This document shows positions 1 through 11,300 of a stretch of DNA of 64,000 nucleotides, piece after piece. How positions within the stretch are numbered: position 1 is the stretch's first letter; each line of letters begins with the position of its first letter. The stretch is from positions 1,152,001 through 1,216,000 of the forward strand of contig CAWEMM010000006.1 of the NCBI GenBank assembly GCA_963810095.1. The letters are read 5' to 3'. The stretch is from an uncultured Chloroflexia bacterium. Its GTDB lineage: Bacteria; Chloroflexota; Anaerolineae; CG2-30-64-16. Both the position numbers and the translations under genes were made by a program. The notes beneath the pieces are model-generated. The model was not told the DNA's origin, ran no database searches, and was given only the letters and a program-made list of their open reading frames with translations.

Positions 1-3000
1 CATACTTCTCGAGGTCGAGGTCCATGATCCGCCATCCCGTGTCGTACAACTGGCGGTACTTGCTCGTCGGATTTCCCGTGCGGAACAGGTACGCTGCGGG
101 CTGCCCGTCCTCGACGAACTTCACATCGAGCGTGTCCACGTACGAGTGCAGGTAGTCGCTGTACATCACGTCGTAAGTCAGCACCCGGTACCAGAATCGC
201 AGGGTCGGATGTCGCACCTGCTCCAGGCTCGGAATCGTGATCTGTTGGTGGATCGATCCGCAACCGGCAGGCACCGCGCCCGGCGGGTCGAGGCTGGGCC
301 CATACCTTTCGCTCCCCAGCTGGGCCGCCAGGGTCGACACGCTGCCCGGCCCGGTCGTCCCCACCACGCCCGTGTCGAGCAGGTCGTCTACGCCTCGGCT
401 CCAATCCGGCGGCAAGACCCCGGGGTTATCGAACCCCCCGTTCAACACGGGTTGGACCAGGACGCTCAGGTTCCCGGGCGCAACCTGGCGGTTGCCCGCA
501 CGATCGCGGCCGTAGACCCGGAAGAAATACGTGTGTCCGCGCTGTCCCGTGAACTGTGCAGACATCAAGCGCGTCTGCTCGAGCCAGTTCTGCCACGGGC
601 CATCATAGCCGTCGCGGACCTGTACGTCGTAGCTGGCCAGTCCCGAGCCTTCGCGCGGGTCGCCGCCGGTCCAGCTTACGTCAAACTGGGTGCTCGTCAC
701 GGGCGGCTGCGGCCCTGAGAAGCTCGTCTGGGGTGGCGTCTGGTCGATCGCCACCTCAAACACATGCGCAATTTCGGCATTGCCTGCCCGGTCTTCCGCC
801 CAAATGCGCACCGTGTGCCGGCCGTCGGTCGAGACCACGAGGGTCGATGCGGTCTTCAGCGTGTTGGGTGGAAAGTGAGCCGGGGCCGAGGACTGCACGG
901 GGCCGTTGTCGATTTGGTAGTGGATCGCGAGCAGGCCAGATGCAGCGTCGGCAGCAGACATGTCGAAGGTCACCGGTTCGACATACCAGCCGTTCAACCC
1001 TGAAGCGGCCGTAGGTGTAATGACAGTTACAGGTGGGGTGCCATCGTACCATACGCTGTCGCTGATCGCAACCGCCGTCGCAGCGTTTGTGTTGCCTGCT
1101 CCGTCGCGTAGCCACAGGTAGGCCGAGTGGCGGCCCTCGCCAGGCGCCTTCACGCCGTTGATTTCGGTGGAACCCTCGTAGAACGTGCCGTCAGCGCCGC
1201 TGGTGGGCGGGGCGTCGAACTTGACATACGCGCCGCCGATCCCCGATTGGTCCCCCATGCTGGGCCACTCGAAGTGGAAGCTGTTGAAGCGGGTCCAGCC
1301 CTGCGGCGATACCAGTACGGCCGTGGGCGCGGGCGGCGCCGTGAAGTCGAGGCGCACCGTGTATTGCTGCGGCGCCTCGACGTTGCCGGCAACGTCTTCA
1401 GCGTAGTAGTCGAGAACATGCTTGTCGGCCTGCGTCACGGGAATAGTGACGGTGTTCTTCGTCACCACCTGCCACGCGCCGCCATCCAGCCGGTAGTGCA
1501 CCGCCGCGACCCCCGAAGCGCCATCCGTCGCGGTCAGCACGACCGAAACGGGCGAGAGCCACCAGCCGCCCACCCCTTGCTGCCCTTGCACCTGCACGCC
1601 GGTTACGGGCGCGGTCGCGTCGTAGCGCAGGACGGGGCTGCTCGACGAGGGCGCGAGCCCCGGGGGCCGTCTTCTGGTCCGCATTCCCCGCCGCATCGCG
1701 CAGCCACAGGTACAGGCGATACGCGCCTTCAGCCGGGACCGCCAGGCCGTCGATCCGCTGGGTCTGCGAGATCACAAGCCCGTCTTTCGGGCCGGCCGGC
1801 GCACCGCCGCCCGATAGGTCGCCCAGCTTGACGTACGCGCCCGTCACGCCGCTGAGGTCGTTGGGGCTCGTCCATTGGACATTGAAGGAGTTCGTGCGGC
1901 TCCAGCCGGCGGGCGCCGCGCTGAACCCGGCAGGCCCGGCCGGCGCAGCCGTGTCGAGCTTCACCTGGGTGACCGTCGTGGCCCCCACGTTTCCCGCCGC
2001 ATCGGTGGCATAGTAGGCCAGGTCGTAGACGCCGTCGCCCGCGAGCGGGAACTGCGTCCCTGTCTGCCAGGCGCCGCCGTTGATCTTGTAGCGCGTGGTG
2101 GCGATCCCCGCACCGTTGTCCTGGGGCAGCAACCGGACCGTGACATTCGAGACGTGCCAGCCGTTCTCGCCCACAGTCCCGTCGACAGCCTGCCCCGTGA
2201 CGGGAGGCGTCGCATCGACGTGTGCTTCCACCGCAACCAGTTTCGACCGGTTGCCGGCCGCGTCCTGCCCGTAATACTCGATGCGATACGAGCCTTCGGC
2301 GGCGAGGGTGAACGTTGCCGGGGCCGACAGCGGGCCCTCTTGCCAGGGTCCGTCGTTGAGGCGGTAATAGCCCCGGGGCCCACCTGAGGTCGTGTCGACG
2401 ACCGACAGGGTGTAGGTCACGGCGGCCGTGTACCAGCCGGTAGAGTTGGGAAGGCGGTCCGCTTGCAGGGTTGTGGTGGGCGCGGTCTTGTCGACGCCAA
2501 AGGCGAAGACCTTGTCCGGCTGCTCCAGGTTCCCTGCCCTATCGTGTGCACGATAGCGCAGCTGGTGCGGCCCTTCTGTGCTGACCGTCAGCAGCTTTGG
2601 CGCGGGGGTCCAGGGCGAAGTGTCGAGTTGGTAGTCCACTGCGGGCGGATAGGCCGGCTCTACGGGGAGGTCGGTGACGGTGAAGCTCATGGCGACGCTG
2701 CCCGTGTACCATCCCGTAGCCGGCAGTGTCGGCGTAAAGATCGAGGAACTGACCGGCAGCGTGCCGTCGTACCAGAACACGTTCGGATCGCCCATGGGGT
2801 ATTCCGAATTTACGTTGCCGGCCGCATCGACGAGCCAGACATAGAGATCGTGGACGCCGTCCCCGGGGACGTGAATATCGGTAATGGTGTTGCTCGTCTT
2901 AACGTACGTCCCGTCCGTGGCCGACGTCGGGGGCGTGTTGAGCTTATAGTAGGCGGCGGCAATGCCTGACAGGTCGGTCGGGTTGCGCCACGTTTCGGAG

Positions 3001-3912
3001 AAGCTGTTGACGTTGGTCCACTGGCGGGCAGGCGAGCCAACGGGACGGGTGGGTTGGTCTGGGGCGGTCGTATCCCAGTAGACCGTAGTGCTGGTGGCGC
3101 TTGCCGGGTTCGCCCGGCCCAGCTTGTCCTGCAGCCACACGTAAACCGGATGCGCGCCGTCGTCGACCCCCGGCGTGCCGGGCGTAATCCCTGCGATGCT
3201 GGTGGACGTCATCACGAACGTGCCGTCCGTAGGGGAAGTAGGGGCCGAGCCCACCTTGTACCAGGCGCCGGCAATGCCGGCCGCATCCCACGGATTGGTC
3301 CACGAGACTGTGAAGCTGCCCGCGTTCGTCCAGCCTTGCGGGTTGGCCGTCAGGTTCTCGGGGGCTGCCGGCGCCGAGCCGTCGACGCGCAACAGGTAGG
3401 GCAAGCTGACGGACTCCGCGCCGCCCGTCTCGACGGTGCGAAAGCGAATGTAATTAAGGCTGGCGGAGTCAGGCAGGGCAAGGCCCGCCACCACGATGTT
3501 GTGGGTGGTGGAAACCGGAATGCCCACCGTCAGCCCATCCGTCGACCACGCGCCCCAGGTCGCGCCGCCGTCTTTGCTCAGGGCGTAGGCGTCGGTCAGC
3601 GGCTCCAGGCCCGCAGGGGAGGTGGCCTGAATGGCACTGGTGAAGGGCACGGCCGTCACCCAATCGGCGGGAGCGAAGGCGCCCCACGTGACCGCCTGCG
3701 CCGCACGTGCCGCGCCACCGTGGCCGCCTTCGGGCACGGAAGCCAGGACCCCGGGGGCCGGGGCCGCCAGAATGAGCAAGAACACGAACGCGGCGATCAG
3801 GCGCCGCAGTCTCGGTGTGAAAGGGTTGAACTGGGGACCGCCGGCGGTGCGCAGCCCGGTGAAGCGCGGCCGAATCGGGGCCGCCGGCGTTATCGCTCAG
3901 TACGGGGGACAT
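1..3912 (-). CDS. Large secreted/cell-surface protein with tandem Ig-like/Fn3-like beta-sandwich repeats; frameshifted near 1660; runs off window start
   Basis: ORF 1398..3785 has a hydrophobic signal-like N-terminus and repeats ending D.AGN. After ~1660 a shifted frame continues the same repeats (YDATAPVT...YYAEDVAGN...) towards position 1. Start is uncertain (ATG 3912 needs another shift; GTG 3785 is in frame). Confidence 0.75.
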
Positions 3913-3987
3913 ACTCTTGCTACCTCAACTGCAGCAGCACGGGCATGCGGCACGCCGGCAGACGCTCGCGGTGGCCGGCAGTGCCAC

Positions 3988-4677
3988 TCAGGCGCTGACT
4001 TCGAACTTATACCCCAGGCCGCGCGCGGTGGTAATGTAGTGAGGATCGTCGGGGTTGGGTTCCAGCTTGGAGCGCAGCCTGCGGATGTAGACCGCAACCT
4101 GGTTGGAGTAACCCTCGTAGTCGTAGCCCCACACCGTGCTGAGCAGCTGTTCATGCGTCAACACGCGGCCATTATTACGCATTAAGGTGTGCAACAGGCG
4201 AAACTCGATCGGCGTGAGTTCGACCGCCCGGCCGTTTGGCAGTGTCACGGTGTTGTTCACCGGATCCAGGCGAAACCCCTCGACGCTCAACTGGCTCTGA
4301 GGCTCGCCAAAGGTAAAGGCCTCGGCCCGCCGCAGCACGGCTCGCACACGGGCGAGCAGTTCCGAAGGCTCAAATGGCTTGGCCAGGTAATCATCCGCGC
4401 CCAGGTCCAGCCCGAATACCCGGTCGCTGGTTTCACCCTTCGCAGAAAGAATCAGGATGGGGAGGTTGGTTGTCCGTCGCAGGTTGCGAGTGACTTCCCA
4501 CCCGTCCATGCCCGGCATCATCACATCCAACACCAGCAGGTCGGGCGCCTTCTCGTCGATCATACGCAGCGCTTCGTGCCCGTTGTCTGCCGTGTATACC
4601 GTGTACCCTTCCTCGCGCAACAGAAACGCCGTCATCTTCAAGCTCGGACGGTCGTCGTCAACGATCAGGATCCGCAT
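3988..4677 (-). CDS. OmpR/PhoB-family response regulator
   Basis: MRILIVDDD receiver domain, phospho-Asp in LDVMMP, KPF motif, C-terminal winged helix (LTPIEFRLL...YITTARGLGYKF). Confidence 0.95.
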   Translation of the reverse strand: MRILIVDDDRPSLKMTAFLLREEGYTVYTADNGHEALRMIDEKAPDLLVLDVMMPGMDGWEVTRNLRRTTNLPILILSAKGETSDRVFGLDLGADDYLAKPFEPSELLARVRAVLRRAEAFTFGEPQSQLSVEGFRLDPVNNTVTLPNGRAVELTPIEFRLLHTLMRNNGRVLTHEQLLSTVWGYDYEGYSNQVAVYIRRLRSKLEPNPDDPHYITTARGLGYKFEVSA

Positions 4678-4947
4678 AGCCCCTGGTCTCTCCTCGGCCG
4701 CATGGTGCCTGGGCGGCCGGTGTCCTCGTGGAGATTCATCATAACATAAAGTGCGAGGAACCACAAAAGCCTTGCGGCTGTCGCCGTGTCTCGCAAAGAT
4801 AGTTTCGGCCATCGGTCCTGTCGTCGTTCCTTTCTGGGCTTCGGCATCACCATACCGGCGCCGCATGAAAGGAGGATGAAGGATACCCGGACGAGATTGA
4901 CAGTCTTTTCACATGCCCGGCCGCGCCACGGCCCGGCGCAGGTGGAC

Positions 4948-6189
4948 CTATCCCGCGGCGAGGGCCTGCCCCAAGTCTTCGACGATGTCGCGCGGGTCTT
5001 CGATCCCAACCGAGAGGCGGACGAGCCCGTCGCCGATTCCAATCTGCGCCCGCATCTCGGGGGCAAGCGCCCTGTGCGAAGACATGGCCGGATAGAGCGT
5101 CAGCGTATAGACGTCGCCCAACGTGGTCGCGGGCTGGATAAGCTTCAGCCCTTCCATAAAACGAAAGACCTCGGCGCGACCGGCCCCGGCCAGGTCGAAG
5201 CTGACCATCGCACCGTAGAGCGCCTCGCCCGCGGGCGAGGTGGCGAAGAGCGCCGCGGCCAACCCGTGCTGCGGATGCGTCTTCAGCCCCGGGTAGTTGA
5301 CCTGCGCCACTTGCGGCTGCGCGGCCAGCCAGTCGGCCACGATGGCCGCGTTCCGGCACTGGCGCTCCACCCGCAGCGGCAGCGTCTTGAGCCCGCGGTG
5401 TGCCAGCCACGCCTCCTGCGGCGCCAGGTTGGCGCCCAGCAGCTTATTCAGCTCGTTCAGCGCCTGTCGTTCGGCCCGGCTGCCCACCACGACGACCCCG
5501 CCCAGCACGTCGCCGTGCCCGCCCAGGTACTTCGTGGCGCTGTGCACGACGAAATCCGCGCCCATCGCCAGCGGCCGGCACAGCACGGGCGTCGCAAAGG
5601 TATTGTCGACGATGAACTTTGCTCCGGCTTCGTGGCTCAGCCGCGCCAGCGCAGGCAAGTCGGCCACCTTCAGCAGCGGGTTCGACACGGTTTCGGCCAG
5701 CAGCGCGACGGGGTGCAGCTCGGCCAGTGCGGCGGCAACCGCGTTCAGGTCCGCAACGTCTACGAACCGAACCGTGACGCCTTGGGTCGCAAGGATGCGG
5801 TTGAGCAAGGCATAGGTCGCGCCATAGACGTCGTGTGCGGCAACGACCGCAGTTCCCGCCCGGGCGCCCGCCGCCAGCAGCGCGGCGTGAATGGCAGCCA
5901 TCCCCGAGCCATACGCCAACGCGGCCTCACCGCCTTCGAGCGCGGCCGTCGCCGCCTCGAACGCTGCGACCGTCGGGTTTCCATAGCGGGTATAGACCGG
6001 GTTGTCCGAACTGCCGGCAAAGACCGCGTCCAGGTCTTCGGTGTCCTCGTAGGTGTAGCCGACGCTGTGATGCACGGGCGTTACCACCGGCTGATAGCTG
6101 TGCCCCGCGTCCAGACCGGTGAGGGGCGTCGTCTTTGTCGCGCGCTCGCCCGCGTGAACTGCCAACGTATAAATCGAATCCTCGGCCAT
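4948..6189 (-). CDS. PLP-dependent Cys/Met metabolism enzyme (cystathionine gamma-synthase/methionine gamma-lyase family)
   Basis: YTRYGNPT, SGMAAI, DNTFATP, HSATKYLGGHGD, RLSVGIED motifs. Confidence 0.92.
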   Translation of the reverse strand: MAEDSIYTLAVHAGERATKTTPLTGLDAGHSYQPVVTPVHHSVGYTYEDTEDLDAVFAGSSDNPVYTRYGNPTVAAFEAATAALEGGEAALAYGSGMAAIHAALLAAGARAGTAVVAAHDVYGATYALLNRILATQGVTVRFVDVADLNAVAAALAELHPVALLAETVSNPLLKVADLPALARLSHEAGAKFIVDNTFATPVLCRPLAMGADFVVHSATKYLGGHGDVLGGVVVVGSRAERQALNELNKLLGANLAPQEAWLAHRGLKTLPLRVERQCRNAAIVADWLAAQPQVAQVNYPGLKTHPQHGLAAALFATSPAGEALYGAMVSFDLAGAGRAEVFRFMEGLKLIQPATTLGDVYTLTLYPAMSSHRALAPEMRAQIGIGDGLVRLSVGIEDPRDIVEDLGQALAAG

Positions 6190-6242
6190 GCACTTATCTC
6201 CTGAAGAGCGCCCTGCCTCGAGTGGCGCCGTTTCGCCCCATT

Positions 6243-6282
6243 CTAACGCAACTCTAACGCTTCATTTGCATCTTACTAACGC
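6243..6282. promoter_or_regulatory. Three CTAACGC direct repeats (putative transcription-factor site) in divergent intergenic region
   Basis: CTAACGC at 6243, 6254 and 6276 (spacing 11 and 22 bp). Confidence 0.45.
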
Positions 6283-6378
6283 TAAAGGTTAAATCTAGCT
6301 TCGCGCAATTCTGGCGATTAACGGATCCTCGTGCGGCGAGCAGTCGCCCGCGGGACCGGCCGATCAGGAGGCTACACG

Positions 6379-8263
6379 ATGACTGACGAACCCCGTACGG
6401 CAGAGAGTGCCGGGACCGGCGCGCCCCAGACGATGGAGTTCCGCGCCGAAGTCCAGCAGCTGCTCAATATTCTGGCCCATTCGCTCTACACCGAGCGCGA
6501 GATCTTCCTGCGCGAGCTCATTTCGAACGCATCCGACGCACTGCACCGCGTGCAATTCGAGATGCTCACGAATCGCGACGTGCTCGACCCGGAGGCGGAG
6601 CTGGCAATCCGCATCGAGTCGGACCCGGTCGCGCACACGCTCACGATCTCAGACACCGGCATCGGCATGACGCGCGACGAGCTGATCGAGAACCTGGGCA
6701 CCATCGCACACTCGGGCGCGCTGGCCTTCATGCAGAAGATCGGCGAAGGGCAGAAGCCCGTCGATATTATCGGCCAGTTTGGCGTCGGCTTTTATTCGGT
6801 GTTCATGGCCGCCGACGAAGTCGTGGTCACGACGCGCTCCTACCGGCCCGGGTCTGAAGCCTGGCGCTGGACCTCGCACGGCGGCAGCCGCTTCACGCTG
6901 GAGCCCGCCGAGAAGGAAAACCGCGGGACCGAAGTCCTGATCAAGCTGAAGGAGGACGCGCAGGACTTCGCCGACTTCATGGCGGCTCGAGAACATCATC
7001 CGCCGCCATTCGAACTACGTCTCGTTCCCGATCTACCTGAAGGGCGAGGTCGTCAATCAGCGCACCGCCCTGTGGCGCACGCCCGCCCGCGACGTCAAGC
7101 CGGAAGAGTACGACGAGTTCTACCGCCAGCTCACGCTCGATCCCGAGCCGCCGCTGCTGCACACCCACATCATCACCGACGCGCCCGTCGAGATCCGTGC
7201 GGTCCTCTTCGTGCCGCGCAAGGTCGACCGCGGCGTCCTGAGCCTGCGGTCGGATTACGGCCTGCGCCTCTACTCGCGCAAGGTGCTCATCCAGGAGCAC
7301 AACAAGGAGCTGCTTCCTGAGTACCTGCGCTTCGTCGAGGGCGTGGTCGACTCGGAGGACATCCCCCTGAACGTCTCGCGCGAAACCGTGCAGAGCAACC
7401 GGGTCCTGCGAGCGATGCAAAAGGTGCTGGCAGGCCGGGTGGTCAAGGTGCTCAACGAGCTGGCAGCCGAGAAGCCGGAGGAGTACGAGGCCTTCTGGAA
7501 CGAAATGGGGGTGTTCATCAAGCAAGGCGTGGCCATGGGTGCGGGCGAAAAAGACGAGCTCCTCACGCTGCTCCGCTTCACCTCGACGCGCTCCGAGGGC
7601 AAGCCGGTCGCGCTGGTCGACTACGCGGGCCGGATGGCCGAGGGACAGGACGAGATCTACTACCTGCTCGGCAGCGATCCGCTCTCCGTCGCGGCCAGCC
7701 CCCACCTGGACCCCTTCAAGGCGCGCGGGCTGGAGGTGCTGCTGCTGGCAGACCCATTCGACGGGTACATGATGCAGAGCGTGCACGAGTTCCAGGGGAA
7801 GAAGCTGCACAACGTGGACGACCCGGGGCTGACGCTGCCGGGCGAGGCCCCGACGCAGGCGGAAGAGTCGGAACCCGTGACCGACGCGGACTGGGCCGCG
7901 GTGGTGGCGCGGTTCAAGACCGTGCTGGCCGATCGGGTGACCGAGGTGCGCGAGTCACAGCTGCTGACCGGCAGCCCCGCGCGCCTGGTCTCGACCAACA
8001 CGGGCTTCGAGCGCGAGATGCAGCGCGTGCGCCGGCTCGTCGAGGACGACTACAAGGCGCCGCCCAAGATCCTCGAGCTCAACCGCCGCCATCCGTTGGT
8101 GCGGAACCTGGCCGCCCGGATTGCGGCGGAGCCGGCGGCGCCTGTCATCGACCCTGCCATCGAGCTGCTATTCGACAACCTGTTGCTGCAGGAGGGCCTG
8201 CACCCGAACCCGGCCGGCATGGCGCCGCGCATCCAGATGATGCTGGAGCGTGCGACGCGGTAG
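6379..8263 (+). CDS. htpG: Molecular chaperone HtpG (Hsp90); one frameshift near 6975
   Basis: [49 protein letters not shown] motifs across ORFs 6331..7320 and 7211..8263; AGGAGG RBS. Confidence 0.95.
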
Positions 8264-8277
8264 GGCCGAACTGATCT

Positions 8278-8360
8278 AACCGCAAAGTCACAAAGACTCG
8301 AAGGCTACCAGATTGTTTAAGCGTCTTCGTGGGCCTTCGTGTCCTGGTGTCTTTGTGGTT
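8278..8360. repeat. Palindromic intergenic repeat with periodic CAC(N)AAG units (family A, copy 1)
   Basis: AACCGCAAAGTCACAAAGACTCGAAG...CTTCGTGTCCTGGTGTCTTTGTGGTT; similar to 16978..17050. Confidence 0.7.
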
Positions 8361-8374
8361 AGCGCCAACCCACG

Positions 8375-11300
8375 TTATGCGACCGCCCGCCGCAGCCGCG
8401 CCACCTGCGCGGCGTGTTCGGCCGCGCCCGGCGCGCCCGTTTCCTGTTCGTACTCCACCGCCACCTGCATGACCTCAGCCGCCCGGCCCAGCTGGCCGGC
8501 GCGCTGCAGCAGCATCCCCAGCATCCACGAGTGGCGCGCCCGGCTGGCCCGGTCGCCCAGCTCGCCGTAGATTTCCACGGCCTGGCTGTACGCATCCACC
8601 GCCCGCCGCGTTTCCTCGATCTCCATCAGCGCCAGCCCCAGGTTCGCCAGCCGGTTGGCTTCCTTGCGCCGTTCGCCCAGCGCCCGGCTGATCGACACAG
8701 CCTGGCGGTAGCAGTCGACTGCGGCTTGCATGTTATTCATTTCCGCGTGCGCGTTGCCCAGGTTGTTGAGGGTGTTCCCCTCCAACGCTCGGTCGCGGGT
8801 CTCCCGGCTCACTTCCAGCGCCTTCGTGTAGAAGTCCAGGGCATCCTTCGGCATCCCGAGCTGGGCCGACGCATTGCCCAGGCTGTTCAGCAGCCCCGCC
8901 TCGGTGCGCCTGTCGCCCACCGCCCGGCACAGGAACAACGCCTGCCGGTAGCAAACCATCGCTTGCGCGTGGTCCCCCATGTCAGCGTAGGCATCGCCGA
9001 GCGTGCGCAAGACCGGCGCCCGGTTGGGCCAGGATACAACGGCCCTGGCGGCGATCATTGCGTGCTCGCCGTAGTGAATCGCCTGCTTCGTGTCACCCGC
9101 ACTCGCATACAACATGGCCAGCTTGCCCGAGAGGTCGGCTTCGGCCGGATGATCTCCGCGCTGCAGGGCCAGCTCGAGCGCCTCGTTGTACGTCCGCAGA
9201 GCGTCGTCCGGCCGGGCGTTGCCGGCGTAGACGTCGCCGAGCCGCTGCATGACTTCCGCCCGGCCGTCCTTGTCGCCTGCTGCGTCGAGCAGCCCGAGGG
9301 CAGCCTCGTACGTGGTCGCAGCTTCCTCGCCCTTGCCCGATCCCGCGCACGCTGCGGCCAACGTGCGCAGCACTGCAACCTCGTTTTGCCCGTCGCCCAG
9401 GTCCCGCAGCAGCGCGACCGCCGCCCTGTACCCTTCGACCGCCTGGTTCGCTTCGCCCGCGGCCATCCACGCATCGCTCTGCGCAATCAGGATCTTCGCC
9501 TCGGTGGCCGGCTCGTGCCGTTCCCGGCTCAGGGCCAGCGCGCTACGGTAGCAGTCGGCCGCCCGCCGCGGCTCGTGCAGCCGGCTCGCCACGGGCGCCA
9601 GGCCCAACAGCAGGGCCAGCTCAGCCCCCTTGTCGCCAAGCTCGCGGGCCACGGCCAACCCCTGGTCGTAGTGCCGGGCGGCTTCGACGTTCTCGCCCAT
9701 GGCGGCCTCGGCATCGGCCAGCCGGCGGAGCACGATCAGCTCGCGCGGCTTGTCGTCCACCTGGCGCAGGAGGATGAGCGCCCAGCGGTCGTTTTCCACG
9801 GCGGCCACAGTGTCTCCCAGGGCAATGCTCAAGCTGGCGAGCCCATAGCGTGCTTCCGCCTGCGCAGCCCGGTCGCCCAGTTCCTCGGCGAGCCGCAGCG
9901 CACGGGCATACCCGGCCACGGCCGCCGCGGGATCGACCGGTGCGTCGCGTTCGGCCAGGGCCAGCCGCGCGGCCAGCTCGCCTGCCCGGTCGCCACATTC
10001 GCTGCTGACGGCCAGCGCGACCGGCATCGAAGCGAGGGCCAGCTCGCGCTGTTCGTTCGTGGCCGCGGCCGGATAGAGCCGGAGCGCCGCGGCCGCCTCA
10101 CTCTGCTGGTCGCCGAGCGAGCGGGCCAGGGGCAGCGCATCTTCCAGGTACGCGGCCGAGGATGCGGCCCGCCCCGTCTCCCCGTCGCCCAGAAGCGAAG
10201 CCAGCGCCATCAGGGCGGCCAGTTCCGCCGGCCCATCCCCGAGCTCCCGGCTCAGCGGCAGTGCGGCCCGATAGTGGTTCGTCGCGGCCGGCAGCTTGCC
10301 GGCGGCCTGTGCGCTCCGGCCCAGCCCGACGAGCGCCGCCAGCTCGTGCACCCGGTCCTGCACGCTGCGCGCCAGCGCGAGCGCTTTCCGATAGGCTTCG
10401 GCGCAGCGGGGGATGGAGCCGAGCGCCGCCTGGACCTGTGCGAGGCCGAGCCATCCTTCGAGTTCCTCGCCGGGCAGGCCGCGTGCATGCGCGAGTTCGA
10501 TCCCGGCACGGTAGGTGTCTGCCGCCGCGGGGGCGTTTCCCAGTTGGAACTGGGTGGCGGCGAGCGAGAACTGCACCCCCGTCACCTCGCGCACGTCGCC
10601 CGCGTCGAGCAGTGTGTCGAGGGCTGCGCGGTACGCTTCCGCAGCTGCTTCCAGGTCGCCTGCCGCCACATCGAGCTTGGCCAGCCCGGCCCGTGCCAGC
10701 CCCGCCCCGCGCTTTTCGCCGGCTTCCTCACCCGCGGCCAGGGCGTCGACGAACCGGCGCCGCGCGAGCCCGTCCTCGCCGCCGGCCGCAGCCCCGGCCC
10801 CGAGCGCCAGAGACGACCAGCACACGACACGCCCGTCTCCTGCCGCCCGGCCCGCCTGCAGGGCCGCTTCGTAGGTCTCCCACCCCCGTTCACGCTCGCC
10901 CGTTCCGGCGTAGACTGCCGCCAGCCCCATGAGCGCGTTCGCCTCGACCCCCGTATCTCCTGCGCTGCGGGCCAGCCCCAGGGCCCGCTCGTGCTCGGCC
11001 GTTGCATTGGCGAAGTTGCCCGCCGCCAACTCCAGCGCGCCCAGCAGGTTGTGAGCCTGGCCTTCCAAGGCAGGGGCAGCCGGGCTCAGGCCGGCGGAAA
11101 TCGCGATCACCTGCTCCAGGCAGGCTCGCCCCGGTTCCGCTTCGCCCCCAGCCAGGTGCGCCTGGCCCCACGCCAGCAGCGCCGCAGCTTCGCCGGCCCG
11201 GTCCCCCTGGTCGGCCAACAGCCCCCACGCCTCCTGGTATGCGCGCACCGCTTCCGCATACGCGGCGGCCCGGTGTTGGTTGCGGCCCACGCCGAACAGG

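Noticed and set aside
6190-6330. SAM riboswitch before the Met/Cys lyase
   Set aside because: The CTTATC-like stretch is the complement of the RBS region; no SAM-I core on the coding strand.
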